Of a stretch of 64,000 bases of DNA, positions 30,513-51,803 are shown in pieces. This DNA comes from the human T2T-CHM13v2.0 reference genome, Homo sapiens. Position 1 is the first letter of the stretch; every line of letters begins with the position of its first letter. The stretch is from the NCBI RefSeq assembly GCF_009914755.1, contig NC_060933.1; one strand, 5' to 3'. The position numbers and the translations under genes were made by a program. The notes under the pieces are model-generated. The model saw only the letters and a list, made by a program, of their open reading frames with translations, was not told the origin of the DNA and made no database searches.

Positions 30513-33461
30513 GTATTAAAGATTATTTCAAGAAAAGGAATAGAACTTAATAAATATACTTTAAAAGATATGTACATTAAACTTAAGATATTTGTATACT
30601 CTTTGACTTGGTGTGTTGGTTTATTTCCCCAAGTATGACTTACTATATATTCAAGAACTGTTTAAAAATATACAAAACCACCCATGCATGGTAGTGCATC
30701 TATTGTTATTAGTTGATATTTCTAGCTCTTCATTATTCCAGTTGTTGGGATAAAAATGAGAAAATACATGTGATAGCATCTTTAAACTGAGAAGCACTGT
30801 TCAAGTTATTTATTTCTATGAATAAAAGTGTCATTACTAGTAAATCCATATTAAAACATAATAGTAAACTAAGGCTAAGCTAGATAATTTCAATATGAAA
30901 CTTGTTTAACACTTTTAAAGAGAATTGGTATACTGCAATTATAATTAATCTAGTTAAAGCATGAACGTTTTCTGTGCTGACAAAGTGTGTAAATGTTATC
31001 AAGTTGATAATAATGAAGATGACTTTAAATGACCAGTTTATGCTGATATTAGAACCCATGAAAATACAGGAATAAGGATATTAGTTACATAAATGGTTTT
31101 CGTTGCTGAGTAAGTGATGTTTTATTTTATTTGATAGTTCCAAAATATCATCCTTTTCCTTTGCCCTGTTCATCCTTCCTACCACAGAGGCCCAGGAGAC
31201 TCATTATGTAATCTTTAGAAAAGAACAGAAGAAAATGTCTAGAGAGAAAGCGCCATTCCAGGATCTGCATATAGAAACAGCTAAGGAGATGGGTATCTCT
31301 CAATCATGCAATTAGTTTCTCATGTACAGTACTGAAGATGTCAGATTGTCATAAGAATTTTCTTAGTAATAAAGCCTTTTAATGGATGACTAAATTTTTA
31401 AAGTATACAAATATAAGTACATCCTTAAGTTTTTTTCTGCTTATTTTTCAGTGTAACTGTGACAGAGGTGAAAGCCATAGACAGGTTCAAACATAACTGG
31501 AAATTTAGAAAGGGAGTAGGAACTTCATTTTGGCCACAGTAGAGGTTCAGTCTGAAACCTCTTCAGTAACTATCTAAAAGTAAGACAAGGCTATACCTCC
31601 TTTCATCTCCCTTCTAAAGTTAATTTTTCCATTCAGAAATTTCCTAATATACCTTATATCTCAGTTTCTTTCTGTTTCTATGTTTTAAGCTATGTCTGAG
31701 ACACATCAAAATTATTAACACCAGGCCAACATTACCCATAGGAAATGATGAGCTTTTTTTGTTATTTGATTTATGCTCTTAATTTGCGGAATAATATTTA
31801 TAGAGACTGATAGTGTGAATTTTAGGAAGGAATGTCAAATAATAAGTCTCCAAATGATGGCTTCTGACTTTAAGCACTTTAATTTCTATGGTAAGTCCTC
31901 TGAGTCATCAGTGTGCAAAAAGGACAGTACAAAAGATAATCTCTTTGGTTTGTAGGAGGAAGAGGCTAAATACTATCCCTGAGAGGACAAGACGCCAAAC
32001 AATTTGATTTATTCCATAAATTTTAATGAGTGATACTGTGTATTAGACATTGTGCTAGCTGCTGGGTATTCAATGGTGAGAGAAACAGAAATGGTTCATG
32101 CCTTCTGTGGGACTTACAGTCTGATAGAAGAGATAAACAATATTCAAGTAAACAGACAAATATCTAATGAAAAATTGTAATAAATGGCACAAAAGGAGAA
32201 AGCAGGGTACCTTGGTAGATGATAAAAGTGTCAGGGTAAGGACATAGCTTTGGATGCTGTAGTCAGAGAAGCCTGCTCTGGGTGGTGATGTTTAAGCTGA
32301 AACCTAAAAGATGAGAAGAAACCAGCCCTGTGAAAAGCAGGGAAAGAACCTCACTGGCGATGAAACATTAGGGTGAAGGCCTAAGAACAGAAGAGCTAAC
32401 AGCATGTCTGAGGAATTGAAAGAAGGCCAAATTAATAACTTTTACCAACCTTACAGCGTTTGTAAAGTGATTTCAGATTCAGGATGGTGGTTACCCAAAT
32501 GACAACAATGAAAGTGACTGCCTAGTTCCAATTTTTTTCCATTCTGTATACTCTGTGTTCTTTATTGTACTACACTGAACAGTTTTCTGGGCTGAATGTT
32601 AAATATGTTTGCAGAATAAAAACTTATGTATTATGAAGTATATAGTTAAGGTCCTGTCAGGAAAACAAGTCATACTCTGTATTCTAAGTAAGAAGGGTTT
32701 AATATAAGTCATTTGAGGCTTACATACCTGTTGGAAGGGTGAGGTAACAAGTCAGGGGAACCGTCATCAAATATCTCAGTCTTCAGCAATAAAACAGGGG
32801 ACTATACCTTGTCCAGAAGCTACTTCAAGTCTCAAGAACCTCTAGGAAGCTCCTACCAGCCTTTTTATGGCACCTACTCAAGTGTTTCTCAAGAAACTCA
32901 TCTGGAAGGGTGTCAGACCTCATGCTGGCTCTCTGTACATGCTTCTCCTTGCAACTGTCCCTGGAGAATAATGGTCTCTTCTTTCTGCTTTCCAAATCTT
33001 GTGTTCTTACTAGCAAACTCTGCTATGTTATGAAGGAGAATTTAGAAAGGGGTAATGATAATGCCTGGGTGACAATCCCAAGTTGCCAACAGACAATTCA
33101 GTACAGTTCACTCATTTTGCTTTGGTGAGTGAAAAAAATTGTGAGGTTCATTAGGGGTAATGGTAAGAGAAGCCACTGGCCCTTGGTCCCTGGATACATG
33201 TATTCTAGGTATGGAAAATATGACATAATGCACTGGATGGTGCTTCAGATTGCATATCGATCTTGTAAGACAGCACCACAACCCACATTGTGCTGCCCAA
33301 TCTAGCACTGTATTTGAGACTTCAGTAGGTCATTCTGCTGCCTAATTAAGTAAACTGCTTTAGAATGGTGGGGTATGTTATGGTCAGTGAATCCCATGGG
33401 TATGAACCCTATTCCTGTGCTCCTTTTGTTTTAAAATGAGTTCATTGGTCAAAAATTAGGT

Positions 33462-33980
33462 ATGCTAGTTATGTATTGTTGTGTAACAAATAAACCTCAA
33501 GCTTAGTGGCTTAAAACAATATTATTATTTCTGGCAGTTCTGTGGATTGACTGGGACCAACTGGGCAGTTGTTGGTTAGTGTCATGCAGTTACAGAAAGA
33601 TAATGGCTGGGGCTGAAGTCATCAAAAGCCTTGACTGGCCTAGATGTCTGATTGTTTCTTTACTCACATGTCTGGTGCCGTGGTGCTTCTTGTTCTCTCT
33701 TTTCAACTGGCATCTCATGCTCCAGGGCTTTTCAGTGCATAGTGAGCTCAGGAAATTATACACAGCAGCTAACTTCCAAGAGGCAGGAAATGAGAGCTCA
33801 GGTTGGTTAAGGGTACAGCATCAATTTTGCAATATCAAAATGGTCAAAGCGGTCACAGTACTTCCCCAGAATCAAGGGGATGGAGGAAGTCCCATGGGAT
33901 AGTGTGAAGGTCACATTGCAGAAGAGAATACGGGATAGAAGGTGGTGCTTTGCCTGTCTTGAAAAGAGAACCTATCATGT
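33462..33980. mobile_element. MLT1-family MaLR LTR
   Basis: tgttgtgtaacaaat..cttagtggcttaaaacaa.. Confidence 0.7.
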
Positions 33981-33994
33981 GTTAATTGGGGTAC

Positions 33995-34502
33995 TGTATT
34001 AGGCTGTTCCTGCATTGATGAAAAGGAATACCTGAGGCTGGGTAATTTATAAAGGAAAGAGGTTTAATTCACTCATGATTCCACAGGCTTTACAGGAAGC
34101 ATGATGCTGGCATCTGCTTGGTGTCTGGGGAGGCCCCAGGGAGCTTACGATCATGGAGAAGGCAAAAATGGAGCAGGTGTCTTACGTGGTGAGAGTGGGA
34201 GTAAGAGAGAAAAGGGGGAGGTTCCACACACTTCTAAACAACCAGATCTCATGTGAACTCAGAGCTACAGTTCCCTAATGAAGGGGATAGCACCAAACCA
34301 TTCATGAGGGATCTGTCTCCCATGATCCAAACAACTCCCACCAGGCTCCACCGCCAACACTGGAGACCACATTTCTTTTTTAAAAAAACTGTTTTTATTT
34401 TTATTTTTTCTGAATACATAGTAGTTATATGTATATATTAATGAGGTAGGAAATGACATTTCAACATGAGATTTAAAGGGCACACATATCCAAACCATAT
34501 CA
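33995..34502. mobile_element. MSTB-like MaLR LTR containing an ~80-bp L1MA 3' stub (34376-34455)
   Basis: tgtattaggctgttc..atccaaaccatatca with TSD ggtac/ggtat. The inner insertion has TSD acatttc. Confidence 0.8.
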
Positions 34503-35021
34503 GGTATCATGACTGTAAACAAGGCATTCAGTATATCTATGGATAGTGATGAAGAAACTGGGGCAGGAAAACGTCAAATTGCTGTCCTGATGATGGAAGA
34601 ATCCATTGTAAACAACCTGCCATCAGGTAGCTTGTCGGTTACTTTTGGTCCCTGTTGTTGAAAGCTTGGGCACCTAGCAATGACTCTAACAAGATCAGCT
34701 TTGCATGGGGGTTGGAGGGGGAATAAAACCTGCATTATTGCGCATAGGTATAATCTCTATGGCCACTATCATCATGAGCCCATAAAGCAAACATTGTCAT
34801 GGCTAGGGAAAGAGGCTGAGTATCAGCCGTCGAATAGAACACTTTGTCCTGATTATTGAACATTTTCTGCAATGGATGGCCTTTTTTGAGCATTCATATG
34901 GAACACAAATAACACCAGAATCTATGCCTATTCAGAGAGGTCTCTCCTCATACCTCTTCCCCAAACTTCTTTATCATCAATTACCAAATTTTGCTAATTC
35001 CTGTATAATTAGTTCATACAT

Positions 35022-35505
35022 TGTATTAGTCAGGGTTCTCTTAGAGGGAGAGAACTAATAGGATATATTATATCCTATAGGATATAATATATCCTATTAA
35101 TATATATATATACTGAGAGAGACAGGAGTTTATTAAGTATTAACTTACATGATCGCAAGCTCCCATAATAGGCTGTCTGAAGCTGAGGAGAAAGGAAGCC
35201 AGTCTGAGTCCCAAAACTGAAGAATTTGGAGTCCGATGTTCAAGGGCAAGAAGCACCCAGCACAGGAGAAAGATGTAGACTAGGAGGCTAGGCCCATCTT
35301 GTCCTTTGAGTTTTTTTCCTGCCTGCTTTATATTCGCTGGCAGCTGATTAGGTTGTGCCCACCAGATTAAGGGTGGGTCTGCCTTTCCCAGCCCACAGAC
35401 TCAAATATTAATCTCCTTTGGCAACATCCTCACAGACACACCCAGGGGATCAATACTTTGTATCCTTCAATCCAATCAAGTTGACATTCAGTATCAACTG
35501 TCACA
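35022..35505 (-). mobile_element. MLT2A1 (HERV-L LTR) solo LTR
   Basis: The minus strand reads TGTGACAGTTGATACTGAATGTCAACTTGATTGGATTGAAGGATACAAAG. Short A1-type body. TSD tacat/taaat. Confidence 0.85.
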
Positions 35506-35855
35506 TAAATATACCAGAGTCCCTGACTATCTAAGCAAACTGTTAGCCACTGTCCATGAATCAATGTTGACCTACTCCTCTGCCATGTCTCTTTTTAGTC
35601 TAAGTGGACTGCTAGATATACAGTCTGAAGTTCTGCCTACTTGGAGAATCTCCCTTCTCAGTTTTTAAAGACTATTTCTGAGTGAGGCTGTCATGCTAAA
35701 GCCATCCACTTTTGGGTAGTACCAACATATTGTGGAGAGCTGTTTGGAAACAAAACGAGGCCCAAATTTTCTCTTCCTCAGTCACATGTCATAGAGAATT
35801 CTCCATGAGACCATATATGTAGATCGAGGGAGAGATATCAATGCAATAGGAGTAA

Positions 35856-36478
<623 letters not shown>

Positions 36479-37544
36479 GTCTGGGTCACTTACTCTTGCA
36501 ACTTGTGTCTTTGGGAACTGTTTGAGCCTGATCTTGTATATCTCATTTACAGCATTGTGGTCCTGAGTCAGGTAACACCGTAGCTCTCTATGGAAAGCTC
36601 ATGTCACATGACTAGTTAGTGTTTCTTAGTCAGATATTCAGTCCTGGGGGCCCAATAGCAACCCCAGAACGGTTTCTCAAAAGTGTAATGCTTATCAACG
36701 AAAAGGGTTGGCTTTTCCCCCAAAACCCAAGGGGTATTGCCATGGCATTTTTTATTTGCTACTGTTAGAACATTTCAATGTGCTCTTTCAGCACCATTCA
36801 ATCTGCTGAGTCATGTGGCCCAAGATCAGCTTGCGTAGAAGCTTAGAGCTGCCACAGAAGCTTCTGTTGCTCTGGAATCCATTCAAATCTATGGGTTACT
36901 CAGTAAGTGACTCAAAGTAGAACATTCAACTAGGGTATATGTCACAATTTGAATCCAAAGTGGCCCTTGTGTCTCCTTCTCAGTGGTAGAGTGTGCAAGA
37001 TGAAGCAACTTGCCCTTCACCTTGGTAGAAATGTGCCATGCCCCAACTAATGGACTCCTAGAAACTTCACTAAGGTGGCAGGCCCTTGAATGTTTTAAGG
37101 GTTTATCTTCCATCCTCTGTCATGCATGTGTCTAGCAAGATATCTAGGGTACTTCCGGCTAATTCCTGCACACAAAGTTGAATCCCTCAAAGTAATAAAG
37201 GAGTAAAAGCCCTCATTATATTCTCATAGACTCCTTTATATATCAAATGCATTTAAACAGTTGTCTAATTAGTTCCATATCTTTATCCATCTACAGAGTG
37301 TAAATTTCACAAGGGCTGGAACTGTATTTGTCCTGTTTATTTTATGTACCACTGTGTATGTTGCATTGCAATATAGTGGGCTCTGAGTACTTAAATGGAT
37401 GGATGGATGAAAGGAAAGGATGGGAAACAATAGGGAAGGGTAGAATAACCTACATGTATAAATGTAATAAAGAAATAGTAGAGGAAGTCACTTGGAATTT
37501 AGTCAGAGGCCTAATCATGAGGAACCTTGAGGCCATATTTTGGC

Positions 37545-37820
<276 letters not shown>

Positions 37821-37925
37821 TTAGAGCCATTGAAAGCATTTTTGCTTCTTTGTTGAAATCCGCTCATTCTTCAAGAGTGTTCTTATTAACTTATACATTG
37901 TTTTAGTTATACAAAAATATATAAA

Positions 37926-37927
<2 letters not shown>

Positions 37928-37955
<28 letters not shown>
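37928..37955. repeat. (CA)n microsatellite
   Basis: Read directly from the sequence. Confidence 0.9.
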
Positions 37956-37962
<7 letters not shown>

Positions 37963-38170
37963 GCTTCTACACTCCTGGGTTTTATCACATAACAAAATGA
38001 GATAATCCATTTCATCTTTATTGTTGTTTCCCTGGTACCTGGTACAGTTCCTGAATATAGTAAGCACTGCAAATGTAGTGCTGAGTCAGCTGAACAAACA
38101 AAGACCCAATTCCATTGCCACCTTTCCCATGAAGTCTTCATTAATCACCTCAGTTCGAAATGCTCTCCTA

Positions 38171-38847
38171 GAAATAGGAATGCTTTTACACTATTGGTGG
38201 GAGTGTAAATTAGTTCAACCATTATGGAAGACAGTGTGGTGATTCCTCAAGGATCTAGAACCAGAAATAGACCCAACAATCCCATTACTGGGTATGTACC
38301 CAAAGGTTTATCAATCATTCTACTATAAAGATACATGCACACATATGTTTATTTCAGCACTATTCACAATAGCAAAGACTTGGAACCAACCCTAATGCCC
38401 ATCAACAATAGACTGGATAAAGAAAATGTAGCACATATACACCATGGATAAAGAAAATATGGCACATACACACCATGGAATACTATGCAGCCATAAAAAA
38501 AATGTGTTCATGTCCTTTGCAGGGACATGGATGAAGCTGGAAACCATTATTCTAAGCAAACTAACACAGGAACAAAAAACCAAACACCATTGATTCTCAT
38601 TCATAATTGAGAGTTGAACAATGAGAACATATGGGCACAGGGAGGTGAACATCACACACCAGGGCCTGTCGTGGTGTGGAGGGTAAGGAGAGGGATAGCA
38701 TAAGGAGAAATACCTAATGCAGATGATAGGTTCATCGGTGCAGCAATCCACCATGGCACATGTATACCTATGTAACAAACCTGCACGTTCTGCACATATA
38801 TTCCAGAACTTAAAAAGTATAACAATGAAAAAAAAAAAAAGAAAAAA
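38171..38847 (+). mobile_element. 5'-truncated L1PA (PA7/8-like) 3' end
   Basis: End of ORF2, 3'UTR and poly(A). TSD gaaatgct(c/t)tccta at 38157-38170 and 38848-38861. Confidence 0.9.
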
Positions 38848-39404
38848 GAAATGCTTTCCTATAATCTTGGACTCCACTGTACTTTTATAGCCTTTGTTTG
38901 GCACTTTTCATATATGACCTTGTTTTACAGTTATTTTTGTAAATCTCTAATATCTTTTTCTAAGTTGAAGTCATTGTCAGATTCATTTTTGTAACCCAAC
39001 AACATGGTACAGTTCCTTATATGAGGCAGATATTAAGTATATATGTATTGAATGAAAAAAAGAGACAATGTATTTACTTTTTTATTGTTCATGTTATGAG
39101 TAGCAAAGAATTAATGTAATGAGAATCATAATTCTTAAAATTTGTCATCAATTTTCACAATTACCGTAGATATATTTTATTCTCTAATTCGATGTTATTT
39201 TTTCACCAATTGTGTGAGCGTGGAGAATATAGGAAAACCTTCATTTTGTAAAAAGTTATAAATAATTATGTAAGTCTTTTTAAAATTATTTTTTAAATTG
39301 AGATAGTCCCAAAACATAAAATTCACCCTTTGAAGCATGTAATTTAGTGGTTTTTAGTGTATTAACAAGATTATACAACCATTACCACTAATTCCAGAAT
39401 ATTT

Positions 39405-39720
39405 TGTTTTCTTTTTTTCTTTTTCTTTTTTTTTCCTGAGACAGATTCACCGTCTGTCACCCAGGCTAGGGTGCAGCAGGGCGATTTTGGCTCACTGCAA
39501 CCTCTGCCTCCCGAGTTTGAGCAATTCTTCTTGCCTCAGCCTCCCGAGTAGCTGGGACTACAGGCGCCTGCCAACACGCCTGGCTAATTTTTGTATTTTT
39601 AGTAGAGACGGGGTTTCACCATGTTGGCCAGGCTGTTCTCGAACTCCTGACCTCAGGTGATTCACCCGCCTCAGCCTCCCAAAGTTCTGGAATTACAGGC
39701 TTAAGCCACTGCACCCAGCC
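39405..39720 (-). mobile_element. AluS within an L1MB 3' fragment
   Basis: TSD ccagaatatttt. Confidence 0.88.
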
Positions 39721-39779
39721 AGAATATTTTCATTATTCTTCTCCTCCACTCTCCCCTTCCCCTGGACGTAGCTTTGATG

Positions 39780-40760
39780 AAGGTTCTTGCTTTGTCTCTT
39801 CAGACTGCTTTTTCTTGCCCTTTAGCTTGCCTTGTAATCTTTTGCTAAAAACTTCGTATAATGTATGGGATAATAGAAAAGTTATAATGGTAATGTGGCC
39901 AGAAGCTGGGCTGTGTTTAATGTTTGCTGAAACCGTAAGCGCCAGTGGATTCAGTTTCCTCAGGTGTACTTGTATCTTTCTTCCTTGTTATCTTTAGGTT
40001 TTCCTAAGAACTTCTTAGATAGAATCTGTGGCCTGTCACTTTTTTAGTTGAAATCTACTGGTATAAACTGGAGCCTTGCAGGTGTGGTGGTAAGGTCCTA
40101 TGGGAAAGGAATCTATAATTTTGTGATTAACTCTTAAGTCATTTAGTGGGCCTGAGTCCTTGGGCTTTGACCTTCAGTAGTGCTTCTTAGCCTTTTACAT
40201 TTCTTCTCTTAGGTGAGATAGGGAAGCTAAGGGGCTGGGATCGGGTAATTGCCCTTTCTTTGGTCAAAAGACCTGGTAACATCATTTCATTTGGAGCATT
40301 GGTTCTTACTATGAAGATTGCTTTGGGTATATTTCAACATGCCCCTCCCCTTGACTAAAATGTGAAGGTGTTGTTCTGGGGTCATCTCCATGAAAGCCTG
40401 GTGTGGTTGCTGGAAGTAAAATACATAAAAGTGTGGGAGACCCCTAAGACTGGGCCCCTAAGGATTTTCTTAGTTTAGAGCAAGTCCACATTCAGGCTCT
40501 AGCAGTTGGTCAAGATTACCACTTAAATGTTCATACCAGTTTATGGATTCAATGTCTTCTGCTCCAGGTAAGCTGTTATCAGCTGTGATTCTCTGTATTT
40601 TCTTCTCTCTAGATTTCTGCGTGGCAGTTTGTTCTGTGACCTTAATTTTTTAACAGGTCTAAGAAAAGTAATTGATTTTCAGTTTCACCTTTTGTCTTAT
40701 TGTAAGGATGAGAGTGAAGACTTTGAAGCTTTTACATGTTGGAGCAGAAAGCAGAATTCT
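39780..40760 (-). mobile_element. Old L1M 5' region fragment
   Basis: Resembles L1M 5' sequence; degenerate. Confidence 0.45.
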
Positions 40761-41019
40761 TCCAAACCTTTTATTAAAGGGCTAGATAGGACATATTTTA
40801 GACTTTGTGAGTCATATACTCTGTTCCAATTACTAACACCTACTGTTATAGCATGAATGCAGCCCTAGCAATGCAGAATGAATAAGAGGCTCTCTATTTT
40901 GCTGCTGTTTTCATTTATTTCTGTTCGATCTTTACTATTCCCTTCCTTTTATTTACTGTGGGTTTAGTTTTCACTACTTTTTCTAGTTTCTTCTTTTTGG
41001 CTACTTTTCATTTGAAAAA

Positions 41020-46729
<5,710 letters not shown>

Positions 46730-46774
46730 TGTGTAATCCCTAGGACAACTACCAAGAATATAACTCAAAAACTA

Positions 46775-47138
<364 letters not shown>

Positions 47139-48596
47139 TTAACATAAACAAAGGCAGCAATGGGGGAATAGAAGAACAAAAAGACACAAGGCATAGAAAA
47201 CAAATAGCAAAATGCAGCAAACATAAATCATTACTTTTCAGTAATTACATTAAATGTACATAGAAGAAACTCTCCAATTAAAGGACAGAGATTGACAGAA
47301 TAGACTTAAAAATAGATCCAACTGTATACTGTCTACAAGAGTATACCACTTAAATTACCTTGACATTTCTTTTACTGTATTTATTTTTTGAGTTATATTC
47401 TTGGTGATTGTCCTAGGGATTACAATTGAAATTTAATTTTATAACAATCTATTCAAAATAATAACATAATTACAATCATATTAAAAAAAACTTTGCTCCT
47501 ACAGATCCTCATCTCCTTCTCCTTCCTTTGTGTTGTTATTGTCATACAAATTACATCTTTATACATTATCTGTCCAACAACATTGACTATAATCATTCCT
47601 TTATAGAGCTGTTTTAAAAATTAGATTTTATAAAAAAGAGTTCCAAACCAAAAAATACATGCATGCAGCCTTTTATATTTATTTAGTTACCTTGACTGGT
47701 GCTCTTTATTTTTTCATGTGAATTGAGTTGCTATCTAGTGTTCTTTCATTTTCTCCTACAGGATTCCCTTTAGTATTTTTTGTATGGCAGGTGGGCCTCT
47801 GACAAATTCTCTCAGTTTTCTTTATTGGGAAAGTTCTTAATTTTTTCTTCATTTTTGAAGTATAGTTTTGCTGGATGATGAGATTCTTGGTTGATAGTCT
47901 TTCTTTCAGCACTTTGAATATGTCTGCCCACTGCCCTCTGACTTCCATGTTTTTGATGAGAAATTGGCTGTAAGTTTTATTAAGGATACTTTGTGCATGA
48001 TAAGATGCTTCTTTGTTGCTGCCTTCACATTTACTCTTTGTTATTGACTCTGGCCAATTAGATTATAATTATATTGTTTTACAGATATATACATATATAC
48101 ATATGTATCTGTATATATATACATATATAATTATAATGTTTCTAGTTGTGGCTCTCTTTGAGTTTATCCTACTTGAATTTTACTGAGCTTATTACATGTG
48201 CTGATTAATAGTTGCATCAGATTTTAGAAATTTCCAGTCATTCTTTCTTCAACTATTCTTTCTACACCTTTCTCTTCTCTCCTTCAAAGACTGCCATGTT
48301 GCTTATGTTGTTATGTTTGGTGATGTCCCACAGGTCTCTGAGGCTTCATTTATTTTTCTTCATTATTTTATTTTTTTGTCCATTGGATTTGATCATCTCA
48401 ATTTATCTATCTTCATGGTTCATGATGCTTTCTTCTACCTGCTTCAGTCTTTACTTGACCCCATCAAGTGAAACTTTCATTTCTGTTATTGTACTTTTCA
48501 AGTCCAGAGATTTTTGTTCCTTTTCTATAATTTCTATCTTTCTCTTTTTTAAAAAAATTTCTGTTTGGTGGGACATTGGTCTCATATTTTCCTTAA

Positions 48597-48906
48597 GTTA
48601 TTTATTTGTTTATTTATTTATTTATTAGACAAGGTCTTGCTCTGTTGCTCAGGCTAGAATCTGGTGGCTCAATCATAGCTCACTGCAGCCTCAAAGCTCT
48701 GGGCAAAAATGATCCTCCTGCTTCAGCCTCCTGAGTAGCTAGGACTATATGCCTGTGCCACTGTGCCTGGCTAATTTTTTAGATTTTGTGGAAATAGGCT
48801 ATCACTATGTTAGCCAGGCTGCTCTCAAATTTCTGGCCTCAAGTTATCCTTCTATCTCAGCCTCCCAAAGTGCTGGGATTACAGGCATAACCATTGTGTC
48901 TGGCCT
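48597..48906 (-). mobile_element. AluJ
   Basis: Antisense Alu with a (TTTA)n tail. Confidence 0.85.
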
Positions 48907-48975
48907 CTTAAGTTCTTTAAACATGGGTTTCTTTACTTACTTTAACATATTTAAATTAGCTAATTTAAATTATTT

Positions 48976-49280
<305 letters not shown>

Positions 49281-49992
49281 TAGTTGTCTGGTAAGTCCAA
49301 CCGTTGGTTTTCCTCAAGATAGTTTATTTTTACTATGTTTCTCCTGTGTATGAGCCATACTTTCTTATTTCTTTGCATATATTATAATTATTTTTGTCAA
49401 AACTTGGACATTTAAAATAATATAATATGAAAACGCTGGAAATCAAATTCTTCCTCCTCTGTAGGATCTGTTGTTGGTTGCTGCTTATTGTAGTAGATAG
49501 TTGTTTATTTGGCAACTTTTCCAAATTGATATGGTAAAGTCTGTATTCTTTGTTATTTGTTGCCAGTGAAGTCTCTGCTTAGCTAGGTTAGTAATCAAGT
49601 AATGATTGGATAGTGATTTTCTTAAATGCCTGCAACCAATAAGACTCCAAGTCTTTTCTGAGAGATTTTATATATTTGTGGTGGCATGCTTTCAACATTC
49701 ATCCAGGCAGTTAACAAAAAGTTAAACTTTATGTTCTCCTTGCAAAGAGCCTCCATTTTAGCTAGAAGTGAGAGGGGTTGAACCTTCTCAGGATTTTCCT
49801 GAGTATTTACAGAGTCGTAAATATATGCTCTTCCTTCTAGATTGCAAGAATATGTTGAAGCTTTTCAGAATCTCCTACAGACGTCTAATTCCCCAGACTT
49901 TCCTTTTAACCTTTTTGGCTAGCCTGTTGTTGCCCCAACCATTGTATACAATTTTAGGCAATTGCCCTTAATTGTTTTTGACAAGTGCATCT

Positions 49993-50394
49993 TATATGGT
50001 TTGAATGTGTGTCCTCTTCAAATCTCATACTGAAATATAATTTCTGATCTTGGAGGTGTGGCCTAGCGGGAGGTGTTTCAGTCATGAGAATAGATCCCTC
50101 CTGAATGGCTTGGTGACCTCCTATGGTAATGATGAGTTCTCACTCTGGTAGTTCATGTGAGAACTGATTGTTTAAAGGATTCTTGCACCACCTCCTCCCT
50201 CTCTTGTTTCTTCACTTGCCATGTGACACACTGGCTCCCCCTTTGCCTTCTGCCATGATTGTAAGCTCCCTGAGGCCTTACCAGAAGCTGAGGACATGCT
50301 GGTGCCATGCTTGTACAGCCTGCAAAACCTCTTTTCTTTATAAATTACCCAGTATCAGGTATTCATTTATAGTAATGCAAGAAAGACTAATGCA
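49993..50394. mobile_element. MSTB-type MaLR LTR
   Basis: tatggtttgaatgtgtgtcc..taaattacccagt..agactaatgca. Confidence 0.8.
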
Positions 50395-51803
50395 GTCCCT
50401 AAGGATATGGCTGTTTACACTGAATGAGCTCTGAGTCAGATTAAATAAAGACAACTTTGTGGATGTGGTCTTCCAGGGAACCACCAACAGATAAAAACAA
50501 CAATCCTCTGGGAACAGGGCTTTGAAGGAAGCTTAGCTCCATTCTTCCCTCTACAGGCTGCTGGTTTTCACCATGATTGTGAGCTGTTCATTTTCAAGGT
50601 GCTGAATAGCTGAGAAGGAAGAATAGGAATAGGGTAAGTTACAACAACACAAAGCTCACTGTTCTTATCAAGTTTCAGTTGTTTTTCTTGAATAAATATT
50701 TCCTATATTTTTGCATTTGATTAATTTCTAGAATTCTGAAAAATTCAGAAATGTCTGTCAAGTTTTGCACTGTTGCTCATCGCTTTTAGGTACAGAAAGA
50801 ATTTTTGGAGTCTTTACTCGCCATTTTTACTGATGTCACCTAGCTTCATCCTTATTCTTGAAAGGTATTTTCACTGAGTTTAGAATTCCCATTTGGCAGT
50901 CTTTTTCCCCTTGCGTATTGAAGAATATCTCACTGTCTTTTTGACTCATATTTTCTCTGCTGAGAAGTCAGCTATCAGCATATAACTCCTTTGAAAGTTA
51001 TCTGCTAGTTGTTTTTTTCTGGCTGATTTTAACATTTTTCCTTTTGTCTTTGGTAATACATAATATCAGTATGACATTTCTAGTTATGGTTTTATTTTTA
51101 TTTGTCCTGCTTGGAAATCACTAGGCTTTTTAAACTAAAGAACTTGTGCATTTAATCAGTTCTATAAAACTCTCAGCCTATATATTTTAAAATATTGTCT
51201 CTGTACCCTCCTCTTTTTCCTTTCCTTCACATTAAAAGAATGTTGGAATTTTTCACCTTTTTTCCATGTCTCTTAGCATTCCTTCCATATATTCCATACT
51301 TTTGTTTCTTTTTGCCACATTTTGGATCATTTTATATGTCCTGTCTTTCGTTTTACTAAATTACTCCTTTGCAATATTTAATGTACTTAGAGTTTTAAAT
51401 TTTATTATTATTTTTTAATTATACAAGTTCTTTTTTTGTTTTTCTACAAATATACTAGGTTTCGTTTTAGAACTCCTTGTTTTTTGAAAATACTTTCAGA
51501 GTTATCTTTTTATTTGTTCAAATAGACTAAGCATAGTTATTTTATAAACTGTATATAATAATTCCAATATCTGAATTCTTTGCTTATGTATTTCCCTAAA
51601 TTCTTGTTTTGGTTATTTATTGCTCATGATATTTCTGCCTTCTGTGCTTATTATCCCTGAATAAATATTTTGGGGGATTCTTGAAAGCCCAGGATGAAAA
51701 ATGCCTTTTTAATTAAAGGATTTGCTTTTGCTTCTTCCAGGTACCTGATGCACCACCAGTCTGAAACCACCTTTAACCAAGTTCACAGTTTGGGTTCCCT
51801 GGA

